The notes beneath the pieces were generated by a model that did not search any database, was not told where the DNA came from, and saw only the letters and a list, made by a program, of their open reading frames with translations. Made by a program: the position numbers and the translations under genes. This document shows, one piece after another, positions 50,875 to 61,384 of a stretch of DNA of 64,000 bases; positions within the stretch are counted from its first letter, which is position 1; every line of letters begins with the position of its first letter. Source of the stretch: an uncultured Planctomycetota bacterium (GTDB lineage: Bacteria > Planctomycetota > Planctomycetia > Isosphaerales > Isosphaeraceae); assembly GCA_963823665.1 (NCBI GenBank), contig CAWGMQ010000010.1:160001-224000 (forward strand). The letters are read 5' to 3'.

Positions 50875-51129
50875 ATGAATTGGGATACGGTCAAGGGTGA
50901 CTGGAAGCAGTTCCAGGGCAAGGTCAAGGAAGCTTGGGGCAAGATCACAGATCAGGAGCTCGACGTGATCGCCGGCAAGCGAGATCAGTTGGTCGGCGCG
51001 ATCCAGAAGAGTTACGGAATCGCCCGCGATGAGGCCGAGCAGCAAGTCGCGCAGTTCGAGCGCTCCTGCGGCGACGGCCACTCGTGCTCGACAACGACTG
51101 AGCGGCCGGAGCTGTCCAAAGCCCGCTGA
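50875..51129 (+). CDS. CsbD/YjbJ family stress protein
   Basis: MNWDTVKGDWKQFQGKVKEAWGKITDQELDVIAGKRDQLVGAIQKSYG. Confidence 0.92.
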   Translation: MNWDTVKGDWKQFQGKVKEAWGKITDQELDVIAGKRDQLVGAIQKSYGIARDEAEQQVAQFERSCGDGHSCSTTTERPELSKAR

Positions 51130-51158
51130 CGAAACGTGCGCGTCGGCGACACCGGCAC

Positions 51159-54100
51159 CTACCGGGGTTGCCGTCGCGTATCCGTAGGCCGCGCGGCGGA
51201 GGCCGGAGGCGACGGATCCGGAGGCTCGCGGAGCGTTCATGGTCCGCGGCGAATCGGTCCGGCGCACCAGGTCCGGCGCCGCCACGGCATTATCCTCTTC
51301 GACGACCTCAACCCGGAGGTCGTCGAAGAGGGCTTCCCCGTATCCGGCGAGCCCAAGCGTGACGGTGAACGTTCCGTCGCCCGGCGCCTTCCGGAATAAG
51401 AGCACGCGTTGAAACTCCGGAATGGGATCGCTCGTACGAAACTGGAACTGTTCGCCGCCGATCGAGTCGCGAACGATCACGCCGCCTGCCCCTTGCACGC
51501 TGGGGAAGACTCGTTTCACCAGCACGGAAATCCGGATCAAGTTGTTTCGCTCGACGCGGATCGGCGGCGACCGGATTGCGGCAACCGGGAAATCGAGAAA
51601 TGGCTGAATGGTGTCCAGGTCCTTGGGTTGCTCGGCCTTGACCTCCAGCTTGATGACCCGCCCCGAATTGGCTCCGTCCAGCTCGCGGATCGGCCGCTTC
51701 TTTTTCTCTGCCTTGGTCGTTGGCGGCGGCTCGGCTCGCGCGACAACGGAAACCTTGCCGACCAGGCCCTCTTGTTGATAGCTCATGTCGACCCAGCCTG
51801 ATGCGCTGACGACCTGCGGGTCATCGAAATCGCCTGAAGGAACACGATTCCGGCCGAACCGGTACCCCGGCATTCCCTTGATCCAGTCAATCCAGATGTA
51901 GGCCTCCGGCAGGGTGAAGAACGAAATACAGGGAGGGCAGCTCACCGGCGAGAGCAGGAGCGTGGGACGACGTGAGACCTTCGGTATCTCGACTTTCTTC
52001 TTGGGCTTCAAGTCGGTGTCCTCGTCGATTTCGACTTCGCCCTCTCGCAACGGGTAGATCTTCTTGGCAGCCTTCGTCAGCGCGGCCATCGCCTGCTCCC
52101 AGTGCCCGTGCATCACCATCCGGAGAGGTCGCTGTGCTCTTCGTGCTTGAAGCCAGGCTTCTTCATAATCCTGTCGTTCCATCGCCTCGCGTGCGCTGTT
52201 GATCCCCTTTTGCGAGTCGGCCAGAAGGTCCGGAACGTCGGGTGGCGCCCCTTCGATGCCCGCCTGCCGGCGCCGTTTGAGGTCGATCTTGCTGCGGAAT
52301 TCGTGACCATCGGCCGCCAGCCTGCCGTTCGCCTCCGTCACGGCTTGCAGCAGGATCTGCGACTGCTCGATTGCCAGCGCGACGGCCTGGGGCCGCGTTC
52401 CCTCGACGAGCACCCGCAGCCGCTCCCCCATCGAGAGTTCGGTCGTGCAAAGAATAAGGCTCGTGGTGTCGAACTCCCTGAGCGTGACCTTTCTGCCGTT
52501 TTGGTCTCGCTCGCTGTCCAGCACCTTGACACCACCCGGTGTGATCTCGAACGCTTGTGCTCCCTCGGGCAGGGCGGGCGTGACCCTCACCTCGTTCACC
52601 GCGAGCTGCGGCGGCTGGAACTGTGAGCGCCACGCGAAATCCCCCACCAGGAGCAATACGCCTCTTCGGTCCGGCGTCGGGATCGTCCAGGCCTTCATAC
52701 CCGGCGCGGGGGTCTGCTCCTTGACCCGCACCGGCCGGCGGCTCGTCAATTGCGTCGCATTGGAGGGCACCAGCAGCGGCTCGGGATCGAAGACGTTGTA
52801 GTCGCGGGTCTTCAGCTCGTTCTGCGCCAGAATGTGCTCACACATATCCATTTCGAAGTTCAGGAACGACATCTCGATCGCCAGCGCCCGGCCGAGGCCG
52901 CCGCTGCGCGTCAGATCGGCGTCGCCGGAATAAGCGATTCCCCGGCAGCCGGCCGCAAGCGCGATGTATGTCATCTGCCTGAGCTGGGCGGGCTGCACCG
53001 GCGGCGTCCCCCACGCGGGAGGCGTGTCGTCTCCCCAGATATTCCGGGTCACCAGCTCGGGTGTCGACGCCGGTACCCATCCCCAGAACAAGAGCCCAAG
53101 GTTCGAGCGAACGGTGAGCGCTCGCCGTTGCCTTATGTATTCATAGTTTTCGAGTAGCTCCTGACTGGCGCCCCAGAACAGAGGCTCGATCGCGATCATG
53201 TCCAGGCCCGATGGGGCGCGAGCGAACAGGTTCACATCGCCGTCAACCCCCGCCAGCGTCAGCCGCGAGACCTGGTCGTCGAGGTTCCGCACCGCGGCGA
53301 TTGCTTCTCGAACATTGGCCAGCTCCTCCTGACGCACCCCGGTCGGCCGTCGCCGGCCCAGGTGGTTGCCCAGGTGCCAGAACGCGACCGAATCTCGCAG
53401 CGCGTAGTCATTGATCTCCTCGAGGATCTGCTGGGGTGCGTCCGCTTCCGCCGCGCCGGAGAGCCGCGCCATGATCAACGCACCGCGCGCAATGGCGGGC
53501 TTCAGCCGCTCGGCATCGCCCTTCAGCGAGTCGATCAAAACGTCGAATCCCGCGTCCCGCAGACCCGCTGCACTCGCACCGGGCGCTTCGATCGCCGTGG
53601 GAAACCAGGGCCGATACACGCCGTCGCGCCCTCGCTTTTCCAGGAGGTTGCGCTCCAGGCGAATCGGCGTGGAAGCCGTCGCGGCCCGCTTGGGATCGCC
53701 CCGCGGGGCCGTGCCGCGGGACCGGCACTTTTTCCGGACTCATCGCCGTTTGGCGCGGCCCCCAGCACCGATTTCGGCACGGGCTCGATTGTGAGATCGT
53801 CGAGAAACACCTCCGATTCGCCCGGACCACCCAGCAGATTGACGACCACGCGCTCCAGGTATGCTCCCTCGAGCTTGACCGGCCGCCGGGTCGTTGCCCT
53901 CAGCACGCGTGCCTGACGCTCGATCGCCAGCGTCATTCCCACCAGCTCCAGTTTCTGCCAGCGGTCCACCTGATCGAAAACAGTGCCGCTGACCAGTACA
54001 TACGACGGAGCGCGGGTGTCGGGGTCCACGTCCGCCGGCAGGATCACCTTGGCGTAAATCTTCACACCCGCGCGATCCGATCGGACGTACAGACCAATGT

Positions 54101-54429
54101 TTAAATCATCCGACACCGGAATCTTCGGTGTGGCATAGCTCACGAAGAACTGACTGCCAGGGCCCGACTCGAAATGAAAGTGCTCGGAAAGCCGCCCGCC
54201 ATGAGCGGCCCGTTGTGACCGATCTTGCGCCAGCAGGCGAATCACGGTGTCGGTCTGCTCGCGCTGCCAGACGGGATCGGGCGTTTCAAAGCCGTCGCGA
54301 AACACGCCGGTCGCGGCTGCTCCCGAGTCGCGGAGCTGCCTTTCGTCGTCGCCGCCCATCAGCGCCGACAAACCCCGCGACGATACCGGCCAAGACCCCA
54401 ACCAGCGCCAATCGGAGTGCTGCCGTCAT
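51159..54429 (-). CDS. Large secreted hypothetical protein (about 1090 aa); about three apparent frameshifts (~54360, ~53715, ~51225)
   Basis: Signal peptide MTAALRLALVGVLAGIVAG at 54429 continues into ORFs 53535..54401 and 50692..53619; corrected stop at 51159 avoids overlap with the CsbD gene. Confidence 0.65.
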
Positions 54430-54883
54430 CGGTTCGAGACCTCCCTGTCCGCGAACCCCACCATTTCGTCTCGTCAAACTCGATCAGTTCAAGCGAGCGG
54501 CCACTTGCTATATCGTTCTTTCGGCAAATCGCTTACGACAACCGCAATCTCGAGCCACTAACCCCGTCGAATCGGCCTGTCGCACACACGCTACAGACGA
54601 CGGGCGCGAAAGTAACCGAGTTCCCCACGCCACGGAAGCCCAAGTCCACTTGAATTCGCGTATGCCGTCCCACCAAGAACGGCCGACTCTCCACGCTTGC
54701 AGCGGGTCTTCTTGCCGGTGTGTCGGCTCCGGATCGCACATGGCAATGATATGAATAGTTCGGTTACTCGGCGTAACCGCTACATCCGGCCGTCTTTACT
54801 CAATCAGACAAGTTTCGTTGATCTCCTTTTCTTCCCCAGTTTGTATGTTAGAGTTGAGCACAACACATCGACGAGGTGCAACT

Positions 54884-55159
54884 ATGAGTCTGGCAATCAC
54901 CGAAACGAGCGGGCAAGTTGAGTCGACCGGGCAAGTGCCGATGGAGCTGATGGCTCTCAAAGGCCGAATTGCGGACCAGCCGCCCAAGGTTCGAGCCGAG
55001 CTTGAGCCTCTGATCGACGAAGTTCTCGAACACGCGATGTTCCGCAGCCGGGTCATGCTGATCGCCCGCGACGCACTAGAGCGCCTGCGAGTGGACATGG
55101 CGGCGCTTCGATTTGATCTCGAAGCCACCCGCCGCGAGACAAGGCAGCGGTCGTATTGA
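54884..55159 (+). CDS. Small coiled-coil hypothetical protein
   Basis: GAGG RBS; DALERLRVDMAALRFDLEATRRE. Confidence 0.65.
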   Translation: MSLAITETSGQVESTGQVPMELMALKGRIADQPPKVRAELEPLIDEVLEHAMFRSRVMLIARDALERLRVDMAALRFDLEATRRETRQRSY

Positions 55160-55170
55160 TGCAGGTGAGC

Positions 55171-56070
55171 TTACGGCGATTCAGGCTTCCCGGGTTTTCC
55201 CAAGCTCGGGGCCGCCACGGTAAGCCACGTGGTGACGACCCGGCCGACTTCCTCGAGGCTTTCCGCCGAGCAGTGCTCCGGCAAGTCATCGGCCGTGTGC
55301 CAGAACGGATAATTGAAATCGATGATATCGATGGCCGGGATGCCCACGGCGAGGAGGCTCAGATGGTCGTCCCAGACCGCTTCGCCCGCACGGAAGTCGA
55401 ATGACTTCGCCTTCAGGGAAGCCGCCACGGACCACACCTGGTTGACGACCTGACGCGCTCGCACTCTGCTGAAAGCTTCCTGCTCGACCTCGAGATCGCT
55501 TCCACCCACCATGTCGAGCACGATCCCCGCGGTGTAGCGAAATCTCTCGCGTCGCGCCGCATATCGCCGTGCGAATTCGATTGAGCCCAGAAAGTACTCG
55601 CCCTCGGGTGGGTCGTTGCCGAAAACGAGCTCCTCGCCGTCGAAGAGCACGAGGTCCACTCCCCATCGCGTCTCCAGATCGCTCACGTGATGCGCGATCT
55701 CCATCTCGAGCGCAACCCCGGAAGCCCCGTCATTGGCGCCGATGAACGGCAGTGCACGGCGAATCGGGTCGACTTCTTCATCCGGGTGCGGCCGCGTGTC
55801 GTAATGGGCACCGATCACTACCCGCTCGAGCCGGTCGGGATGCCAGCGGCCAATCAGGTTCGTCATTTGCAGCCGCGCACCGCAGAGTGGATGCGATGCG
55901 GCGAACGGCTGCTCGATCAGTTCCGCGCCCAGCTTCCGGAAGTGCTCCTTCACCAGCTCGAGCTGGCGAAGGTTGGCCACTGACCCAGCCGGCCGCGGCC
56001 CGATTTCGCAGATCTTTTTGAGGTATTCGTAGGCGCGCTTTCCATCGATCTTGGGCGCTTCGACGACCAA
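55171..56070 (-). CDS. M28 family peptidase / glutaminyl cyclase-like (copy 2, no signal peptide)
   Basis: GAHYDTRP, GANDGASGV, FDGEE, LDMVG, DDH, WHT. Confidence 0.88.
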   Translation of the reverse strand: MVVEAPKIDGKRAYEYLKKICEIGPRPAGSVANLRQLELVKEHFRKLGAELIEQPFAASHPLCGARLQMTNLIGRWHPDRLERVVIGAHYDTRPHPDEEVDPIRRALPFIGANDGASGVALEMEIAHHVSDLETRWGVDLVLFDGEELVFGNDPPEGEYFLGSIEFARRYAARRERFRYTAGIVLDMVGGSDLEVEQEAFSRVRARQVVNQVWSVAASLKAKSFDFRAGEAVWDDHLSLLAVGIPAIDIIDFNYPFWHTADDLPEHCSAESLEEVGRVVTTWLTVAAPSLGKPGKPESP

Positions 56071-56084
56071 TTACACGCTCCTTC

Positions 56085-57152
56085 TCACCGCGTTTTCCGC
56101 TTCCTCGGTGCGGCCACGGCTGGCGCGGGTACGGTCAGCCAGGTAGCGATAACACGGCCCACTTCCTCGAGGCTCTCGGCCGAACAGTTCGCGGGAACAT
56201 CATCGGCCTTGTGCCAGTACGGATAATCGAAATCGATGAGATCAATCGTCGGAATGCCTCCGATTTCGTTGAGCGACAGGTGGTCGTCGCGCACTTCGCG
56301 TCCTTCGTAGTTCTTGAATGACTTCGCTTTGAGGCTGTCGGCCACGGACCACACCTGCTGCACCAGCCCGGGGGCATACCGGTTGCTGTTCGGTTCTTGC
56401 GGCAGCTTGAGGTCGCGGCCGCCCACCATGTCAAGCACCATCCCGGCTACGTAGCGGTACTGGATCCGCCGCGAATCGCGAAGCTGCGCGTATCGCGTGG
56501 CGAATGCAATCGAGCCCAGGAAGTACTCCCCGACGGGCTGGTTATTTCCGAACACCAGCTCCTCACCGTCGAACAGCACCAGGTCGACGCCCCGCTCTGT
56601 CTTGAGGTCTTTGAGAAGATGGGCCAGCTCCATCTGAACTGCGACACCGGAAGCCCCGTCGTTCGCGCCGATGAAGGGCATTGCATGGCGCGCCGGGTCT
56701 CGTTCCTCGTCGGGGTGGGGCCGGGTGTCGTAGTGGGCACCGATCACCACGCGATCCCTGCGCTCGGGATGCCACCGGCCGATCAGGTTCACCAGAATGA
56801 GCCGCTCGCCCGTCTGCGGATGCGCGATCGCCCACCTCTGCTCCTCGACGACGCCCCCCATCTTGGTGAAGTGCTCGGCGACCATCTTGCGCTGCCGCGC
56901 GTTGGCCTCCGATCCCGCCGTGCGCGGGCCGATATCGCAGATCTTCTTGAGATAGCCGTATGCCCGCTTGCCATCGATTTTGGGCGGGTCGTCGAAGACG
57001 AGCGCACTGGCCTCCGTGACGCTCGTTGCCTCGAACGCCCCCGGCCATGAGAGCATGCCCGAGCTCCCCAGGAAAACCGCGGCCAGCGGCACGACGAGCA
57101 GACAACTCGCGATCTTCCTGGATCGCATGAGCCTCAGCCGGAATGATCCCAT
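56085..57152 (-). CDS. M28 family peptidase / glutaminyl cyclase-like (copy 1, N-terminal signal or TM)
   Basis: Same zinc-binding motifs; hydrophobic N-terminus. Confidence 0.9.
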   Translation of the reverse strand: MGSFRLRLMRSRKIASCLLVVPLAAVFLGSSGMLSWPGAFEATSVTEASALVFDDPPKIDGKRAYGYLKKICDIGPRTAGSEANARQRKMVAEHFTKMGGVVEEQRWAIAHPQTGERLILVNLIGRWHPERRDRVVIGAHYDTRPHPDEERDPARHAMPFIGANDGASGVAVQMELAHLLKDLKTERGVDLVLFDGEELVFGNNQPVGEYFLGSIAFATRYAQLRDSRRIQYRYVAGMVLDMVGGRDLKLPQEPNSNRYAPGLVQQVWSVADSLKAKSFKNYEGREVRDDHLSLNEIGGIPTIDLIDFDYPYWHKADDVPANCSAESLEEVGRVIATWLTVPAPAVAAPRKRKTR

Positions 57153-57243
57153 TCGTGAATCTCCTGTTGGCTTGACCGCTGCCTTGATTGCTGCGGGTTC
57201 TCCGAGGCAGTAGGGCAGCGGCCCGCGGCCACTCCTATCTGTG

Positions 57244-57822
57244 TTAACGCATGAGTGCAGGATAGTCTTGAAGCAATCGGGCGAGCCGCTCCAGCGGCAG
57301 CCCCACCACGTTCGAATAACTCCCCCTGATCACCTCCACGAACGGGTCGGGGTCTCGAAGTCCGTAGCCGCCCGACCTGCCTTCCCATCGATTCGAGTCG
57401 AGGTATTCATTCCGCTCCGAGTCCGAAAGCCGCCGGAACCGTATCGCACTGACTTCGACCGCGCCCACCCATTCGTGTGATCCCACGCGAAAAAGGCATA
57501 TCCCCGAGACGACATCCGTATCATGCCCTTCCTGAAGCCGGATCATCCGTTCGGCATCGCGGCGATCGAGCGGCTTGTTGAGTATCTCGCCGCGAACCTC
57601 GCACACCGTATCCGCTCCCAGGACCAAGCCGCTCTCGCGGCGCCGGGCGACCGCCGCCGCCTTCTGCCAGGCCAGATGCGCCGCGTAGTCTTCAGGCGAT
57701 GCTTCTGGACCCGGCTCTGGCTCTTCAAACCCCGACGGTTCCACCTCCAGCGGATATCCAGCCTCCTCGAGCAGCAACCGCCGCCGCGGCGACGCACTGG
57801 CCAGAATTAGCCGCGGCTTCAT
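57244..57822 (-). CDS. maf: Maf family nucleoside triphosphate pyrophosphatase
   Basis: LILASASPRRRLLL, VLGADTV, LNKP, GSYSNVVGLP. Confidence 0.92.
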   Translation of the reverse strand: MKPRLILASASPRRRLLLEEAGYPLEVEPSGFEEPEPGPEASPEDYAAHLAWQKAAAVARRRESGLVLGADTVCEVRGEILNKPLDRRDAERMIRLQEGHDTDVVSGICLFRVGSHEWVGAVEVSAIRFRRLSDSERNEYLDSNRWEGRSGGYGLRDPDPFVEVIRGSYSNVVGLPLERLARLLQDYPALMR

Positions 57823-57976
57823 AAGTCTCCCCGCTCGACCAGCGCAGACCAAGTAGATTCAACACGATACGGCGAAACACGATCGTATCGCCACCGGGCA
57901 CTTTCGAGCAAGCTGTGATCGACCTCCGCCCGCAGCAATTCTCCCGTGCACGGCCGATCGGGCGTCTGACTGCGGG

Positions 57977-58672
57977 TCAGCCGCGGCGCAGGGCCTCGAT
58001 CTTCCGCCGGAGGCGGTCGTTCTCGTCGGTAAGGCGCTGGCGTTCGTCCACCGCCTCCTCGGCGCGGCGCACGGCTGCTTCACGCCCCTCGCGCGGCGTG
58101 AGCAAGCGCTTGCCCGTCGCGGGGTCGAACAGCCGGAGCTTCTGTCCCTCACGTTCCAGATGCAGACCCAGAACCTGGCTGGGCAGCCGGCCGGCGAGCG
58201 GTTTGACGGGGACATACTTCCCCCTCGCCAGCCGGAAACCCTGGAGCGGGGGGTCGAGGTAGTCCTCGGTGGGATCAAAGAGCATATACTCGGAGACCCT
58301 CAGGATATCGCGGTAGATCTCGAACTTCTTCTTCATGTCCTCTTGCTTGGTCGACTTTGACGTGATCTCGACGACGAAATCGGGGGCCTTCCCCTCTTTC
58401 CAGACGAGGTAGAAGTCGCGCGGAGGAAGTTTGCGCACGCCAAGCGCCACAAAAACGTCAGGGGAGACGTGCATCCGCGGGTTCCCCTCCTCGTAGTAGA
58501 GCAGGAGGTTGCCCCAAATATAGACGTTCGGTTCAGCGGCGAAATGATCCCTGAGCACCTCGATCGCGACGATCATCTCATCCATGTGGAGCTGGGTTTC
58601 CGCCATGAGTTTTCCATCCCTGCTGGGATATTCGACTTCGGGCGTTCGTCGCCGTCGCCGGACCGTCGACAT
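57977..58672 (-). CDS. Uma2 (DUF820) family putative endonuclease
   Basis: YPSRDGKLMAET, SPDVFV, PDFVVEITSKST, VSEYMLFDP; start could be 58729. Confidence 0.9.
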   Translation of the reverse strand: MSTVRRRRRTPEVEYPSRDGKLMAETQLHMDEMIVAIEVLRDHFAAEPNVYIWGNLLLYYEEGNPRMHVSPDVFVALGVRKLPPRDFYLVWKEGKAPDFVVEITSKSTKQEDMKKKFEIYRDILRVSEYMLFDPTEDYLDPPLQGFRLARGKYVPVKPLAGRLPSQVLGLHLEREGQKLRLFDPATGKRLLTPREGREAAVRRAEEAVDERQRLTDENDRLRRKIEALRRG

Positions 58673-58768
58673 GGCCTCGCTCCTTCTGTCTTGCGATTCC
58701 CTCGGAGCGAGCGTCTTGGAAACATCCATTCGTCACCGGCGGGGGATCCTGCTCGATTGTAACATCAT

Positions 58769-59074
58769 CTGGCGGGCGAAAAGAACCGCGTGCAGGTTCT
58801 CCAGATCATCCGCGACCACTTGAGTAGCGGCCAGCGCGTCTTCGTTGGCGTCGTCGCGCCGATCGACCCGCAGGTCGAAAGTCCCGAACAGGTTCGGGAC
58901 CGAATCCTCGAGGCGGCGGAATTTATCCCGCTCGACCAGCTCGGCACGACCGATGACTGCGGATTCTCGCCCTTCTGCGACGATACCTCAACCAGCCGTG
59001 AGACTGCGTTTGCGAAAATCCGGGCGCGGGTGCTCGGCACCGAACTTGCATCCAAGATTCTCGGAGGCAAGTGA
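58769..59074 (+). pseudogene. 3' fragment of a cobalamin-independent methionine synthase (MetE II family) gene
   Basis: VFVGVVAPIDPQVESPEQVRDRI...GTTDDCGFSPF; only ~100 aa, no RBS or N-terminal part. Confidence 0.75.
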
Positions 59075-61056
59075 TGGCGGCAGATGACGGCGAGGACCAG
59101 ATGCTACGCACCGTTGCCCTGCAGAATGCCAAGAGCATCCTCCAGGCTCGTCAACGGGCAGAGGAGGCTCTGCGGAAGCAATCAGACTGGTTGCGAACCA
59201 CACTCGCCAGTATCGGTGACGCCGTGATCAGCACCGACGCCGAAGGCCGGGTGACGTTCATGAATCGCGTCGCGGAGGAGTTGACCGGCTGGCCCGAGCC
59301 CGAGGCGGTCGGTCATTCCCTGGCGGACGTTTTCGTGATCGTCAACGAACGCACGCGGCAGCCGGTGCAGATCCCCGCACTGAGTGCCTTGGAGCAGGGG
59401 ACCGGCGCCGGGCTGCCGAGCCATACCCTGCTCATCTCTCGGGACGGTGCGGCGCGGCCAATCGACGATAGCGCCGCGCCCATACGCGACAGCTCCGGCG
59501 CGGCGCTCGGTGCGGTCCTGGTTTTCCGTGACGTCACCGAGCGCAAGCGAGCAGAGGAGTCGCGGACCCTGCTTGCCGCCATCGTGGAAGCGTCCGAAGA
59601 TGCGATCATCAGCAAGACTCTCGACGGCGTCATCCGGTCATGGAACGCCGGGGCGGAGCGCCTTTTCGGCTACACGGCGTCGGAGGCCATCGGCCAATCG
59701 ATCACCCTGATCATTCCGCCCGAGCGCCACGACGAGGAACATTCGATCGTAGAGCGGCTCCGCCGCGGAGAGCGAATCGAGCATTTTGAGACCGTGCGGG
59801 TTGCCAAAGACGGTCGACGCATCAATATCTCCCTTTCGGTCTCTCCGCTTCTCGACGAGAACGACCACGTCGTCGGTGCCTCCAAGGTAGCGCGCGATAT
59901 CACCGAGCGAAAGCAGGCGGAAGCCGTGCTGAGAGACGCCGACCGCCGCAAGGACGAGTTCCTGGCGCTCCTCGCGCACGAACTGCGGAACCCACTGGCA
60001 CCGTTGCGGAACGGACTCCAGGTGCTCCGGTTATCCGGCGGAGACGCCGATACCGTCAGGCAGGTCCGTGCCATGATGGATCGGCAGCTCGGACATATGG
60101 TTCGGCTCATCGACGATTTGCTGGACATCGCCCGCGTCAGCCAAAGCAAGATCGAGCTCAGGCTGGCGCGCGTGCCGCTTGCGGCCGTGATCGACTCGGC
60201 AATCGAGACGGCCCGTCCCGCCATCGAGGCAGAAGGCCATGAGCTCCACGTTTCGCTACCCGCAGAGCCGCTCTTCCTCGACGCCGATCTGACTCGGCTC
60301 GCACAAGTCTTCTCGAACCTTCTCTCGAACAGCGCCAAGTACACGCCGCTGGGGGGACACATCTGGCTCACAGCCGAGCGCCAGGATGATCACGCAGTTA
60401 TCACGGTGCGGGATGATGGGATCGGCATTCCAGCACCCGCCCTGCCGTGCATCTTCGACATGTTCTCGCAGGTAGACCGGAGCATCGAGCGCGCCCGCGA
60501 GGGACTCGGTATCGGCCTGGCGCTCGTCAAGGGCCTGGTCGAAATGCACGGCGGCCGGGTCTCGGCCGAAAGCGCTGGCCTCGGAAAAGGCAGTGCGTTC
60601 ACGGTGCGAATGCCTGCCCTTGCGACGATATCCGATGCAGTGGCCTCCTCACCCCCGGAAGTCGTGCTCCAGGCGCCGGGAAACGGGCGGCGGATCCTGG
60701 TCGCGGACGACAATCGGGATGCCGCCGCTACGCTGGCCAAGATGCTCACGCTTCTGGGCAACGACGTCCGCATCGCTCGCGACGGCATCCAGGCGGTCCG
60801 CACCGCAGACGAATACCGGCCCGAGATCATTCTCATGGACGTCGGCATGCCGGGCCTGAACGGGTACGATGCGACGCGGCGGATTCGCGAACAACCCTGG
60901 GGACCTGGCGCGATCATCATCGCGTTGACAGGTTGGGGCCAGGCAGGCGATCGCATTCAATCGAAAGCAGCCGGCTGCGACGGCCATCTCGTCAAGCCCG
61001 TCAGCCTGCCCGACCTGGAGAGTATGCTCGGCGAGCTCGACCGGGCACGGCATTAA
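59071..61056 (+). CDS. PAS-PAS hybrid histidine kinase/response regulator
   Basis: LASIGDAVISTD, SWNAGAERLFGY, LAHELRNPLAP, GLGIGL, C-terminal REC. Confidence 0.92.
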   Translation: MMAADDGEDQMLRTVALQNAKSILQARQRAEEALRKQSDWLRTTLASIGDAVISTDAEGRVTFMNRVAEELTGWPEPEAVGHSLADVFVIVNERTRQPVQIPALSALEQGTGAGLPSHTLLISRDGAARPIDDSAAPIRDSSGAALGAVLVFRDVTERKRAEESRTLLAAIVEASEDAIISKTLDGVIRSWNAGAERLFGYTASEAIGQSITLIIPPERHDEEHSIVERLRRGERIEHFETVRVAKDGRRINISLSVSPLLDENDHVVGASKVARDITERKQAEAVLRDADRRKDEFLALLAHELRNPLAPLRNGLQVLRLSGGDADTVRQVRAMMDRQLGHMVRLIDDLLDIARVSQSKIELRLARVPLAAVIDSAIETARPAIEAEGHELHVSLPAEPLFLDADLTRLAQVFSNLLSNSAKYTPLGGHIWLTAERQDDHAVITVRDDGIGIPAPALPCIFDMFSQVDRSIERAREGLGIGLALVKGLVEMHGGRVSAESAGLGKGSAFTVRMPALATISDAVASSPPEVVLQAPGNGRRILVADDNRDAAATLAKMLTLLGNDVRIARDGIQAVRTADEYRPEIILMDVGMPGLNGYDATRRIREQPWGPGAIIIALTGWGQAGDRIQSKAAGCDGHLVKPVSLPDLESMLGELDRARH

Positions 61057-61384
61057 AAGGTGTCAGGACGAATTCCAGTCTGCCGCCCGGGGAATGTGGA
61101 AGCCGCGGTCAATCCGGCCATCCCCTTGACTCAGTGTTCGCGTTCTTGAAGCGTTACTCGGGGCATAACCAGGCTCCTGCATCCGGGCAAATAACACAAC
61201 TGGCATTCTCGCGGCTCGATCCAGGGCATGCAAGACCGCCTCGCGCTACACCGCCTGCATTCGACAGCAACACCGCGTAGAAGCGAACCCACAGCTCGTG
61301 TACCCTGTACGTCGGAACGTGCGGATGGAGTTGATCCTCGTCCCTTTGCCCGTCTCCGTCCGGCGCATCGTAAGGAGGGTTGCC

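Noticed and set aside
50692..51158. C-terminal part of the 975 aa ORF overlapping CsbD and DUF1328
   Set aside because: Read-through caused by a frameshift near 51225; the plus-strand genes have clear family signatures
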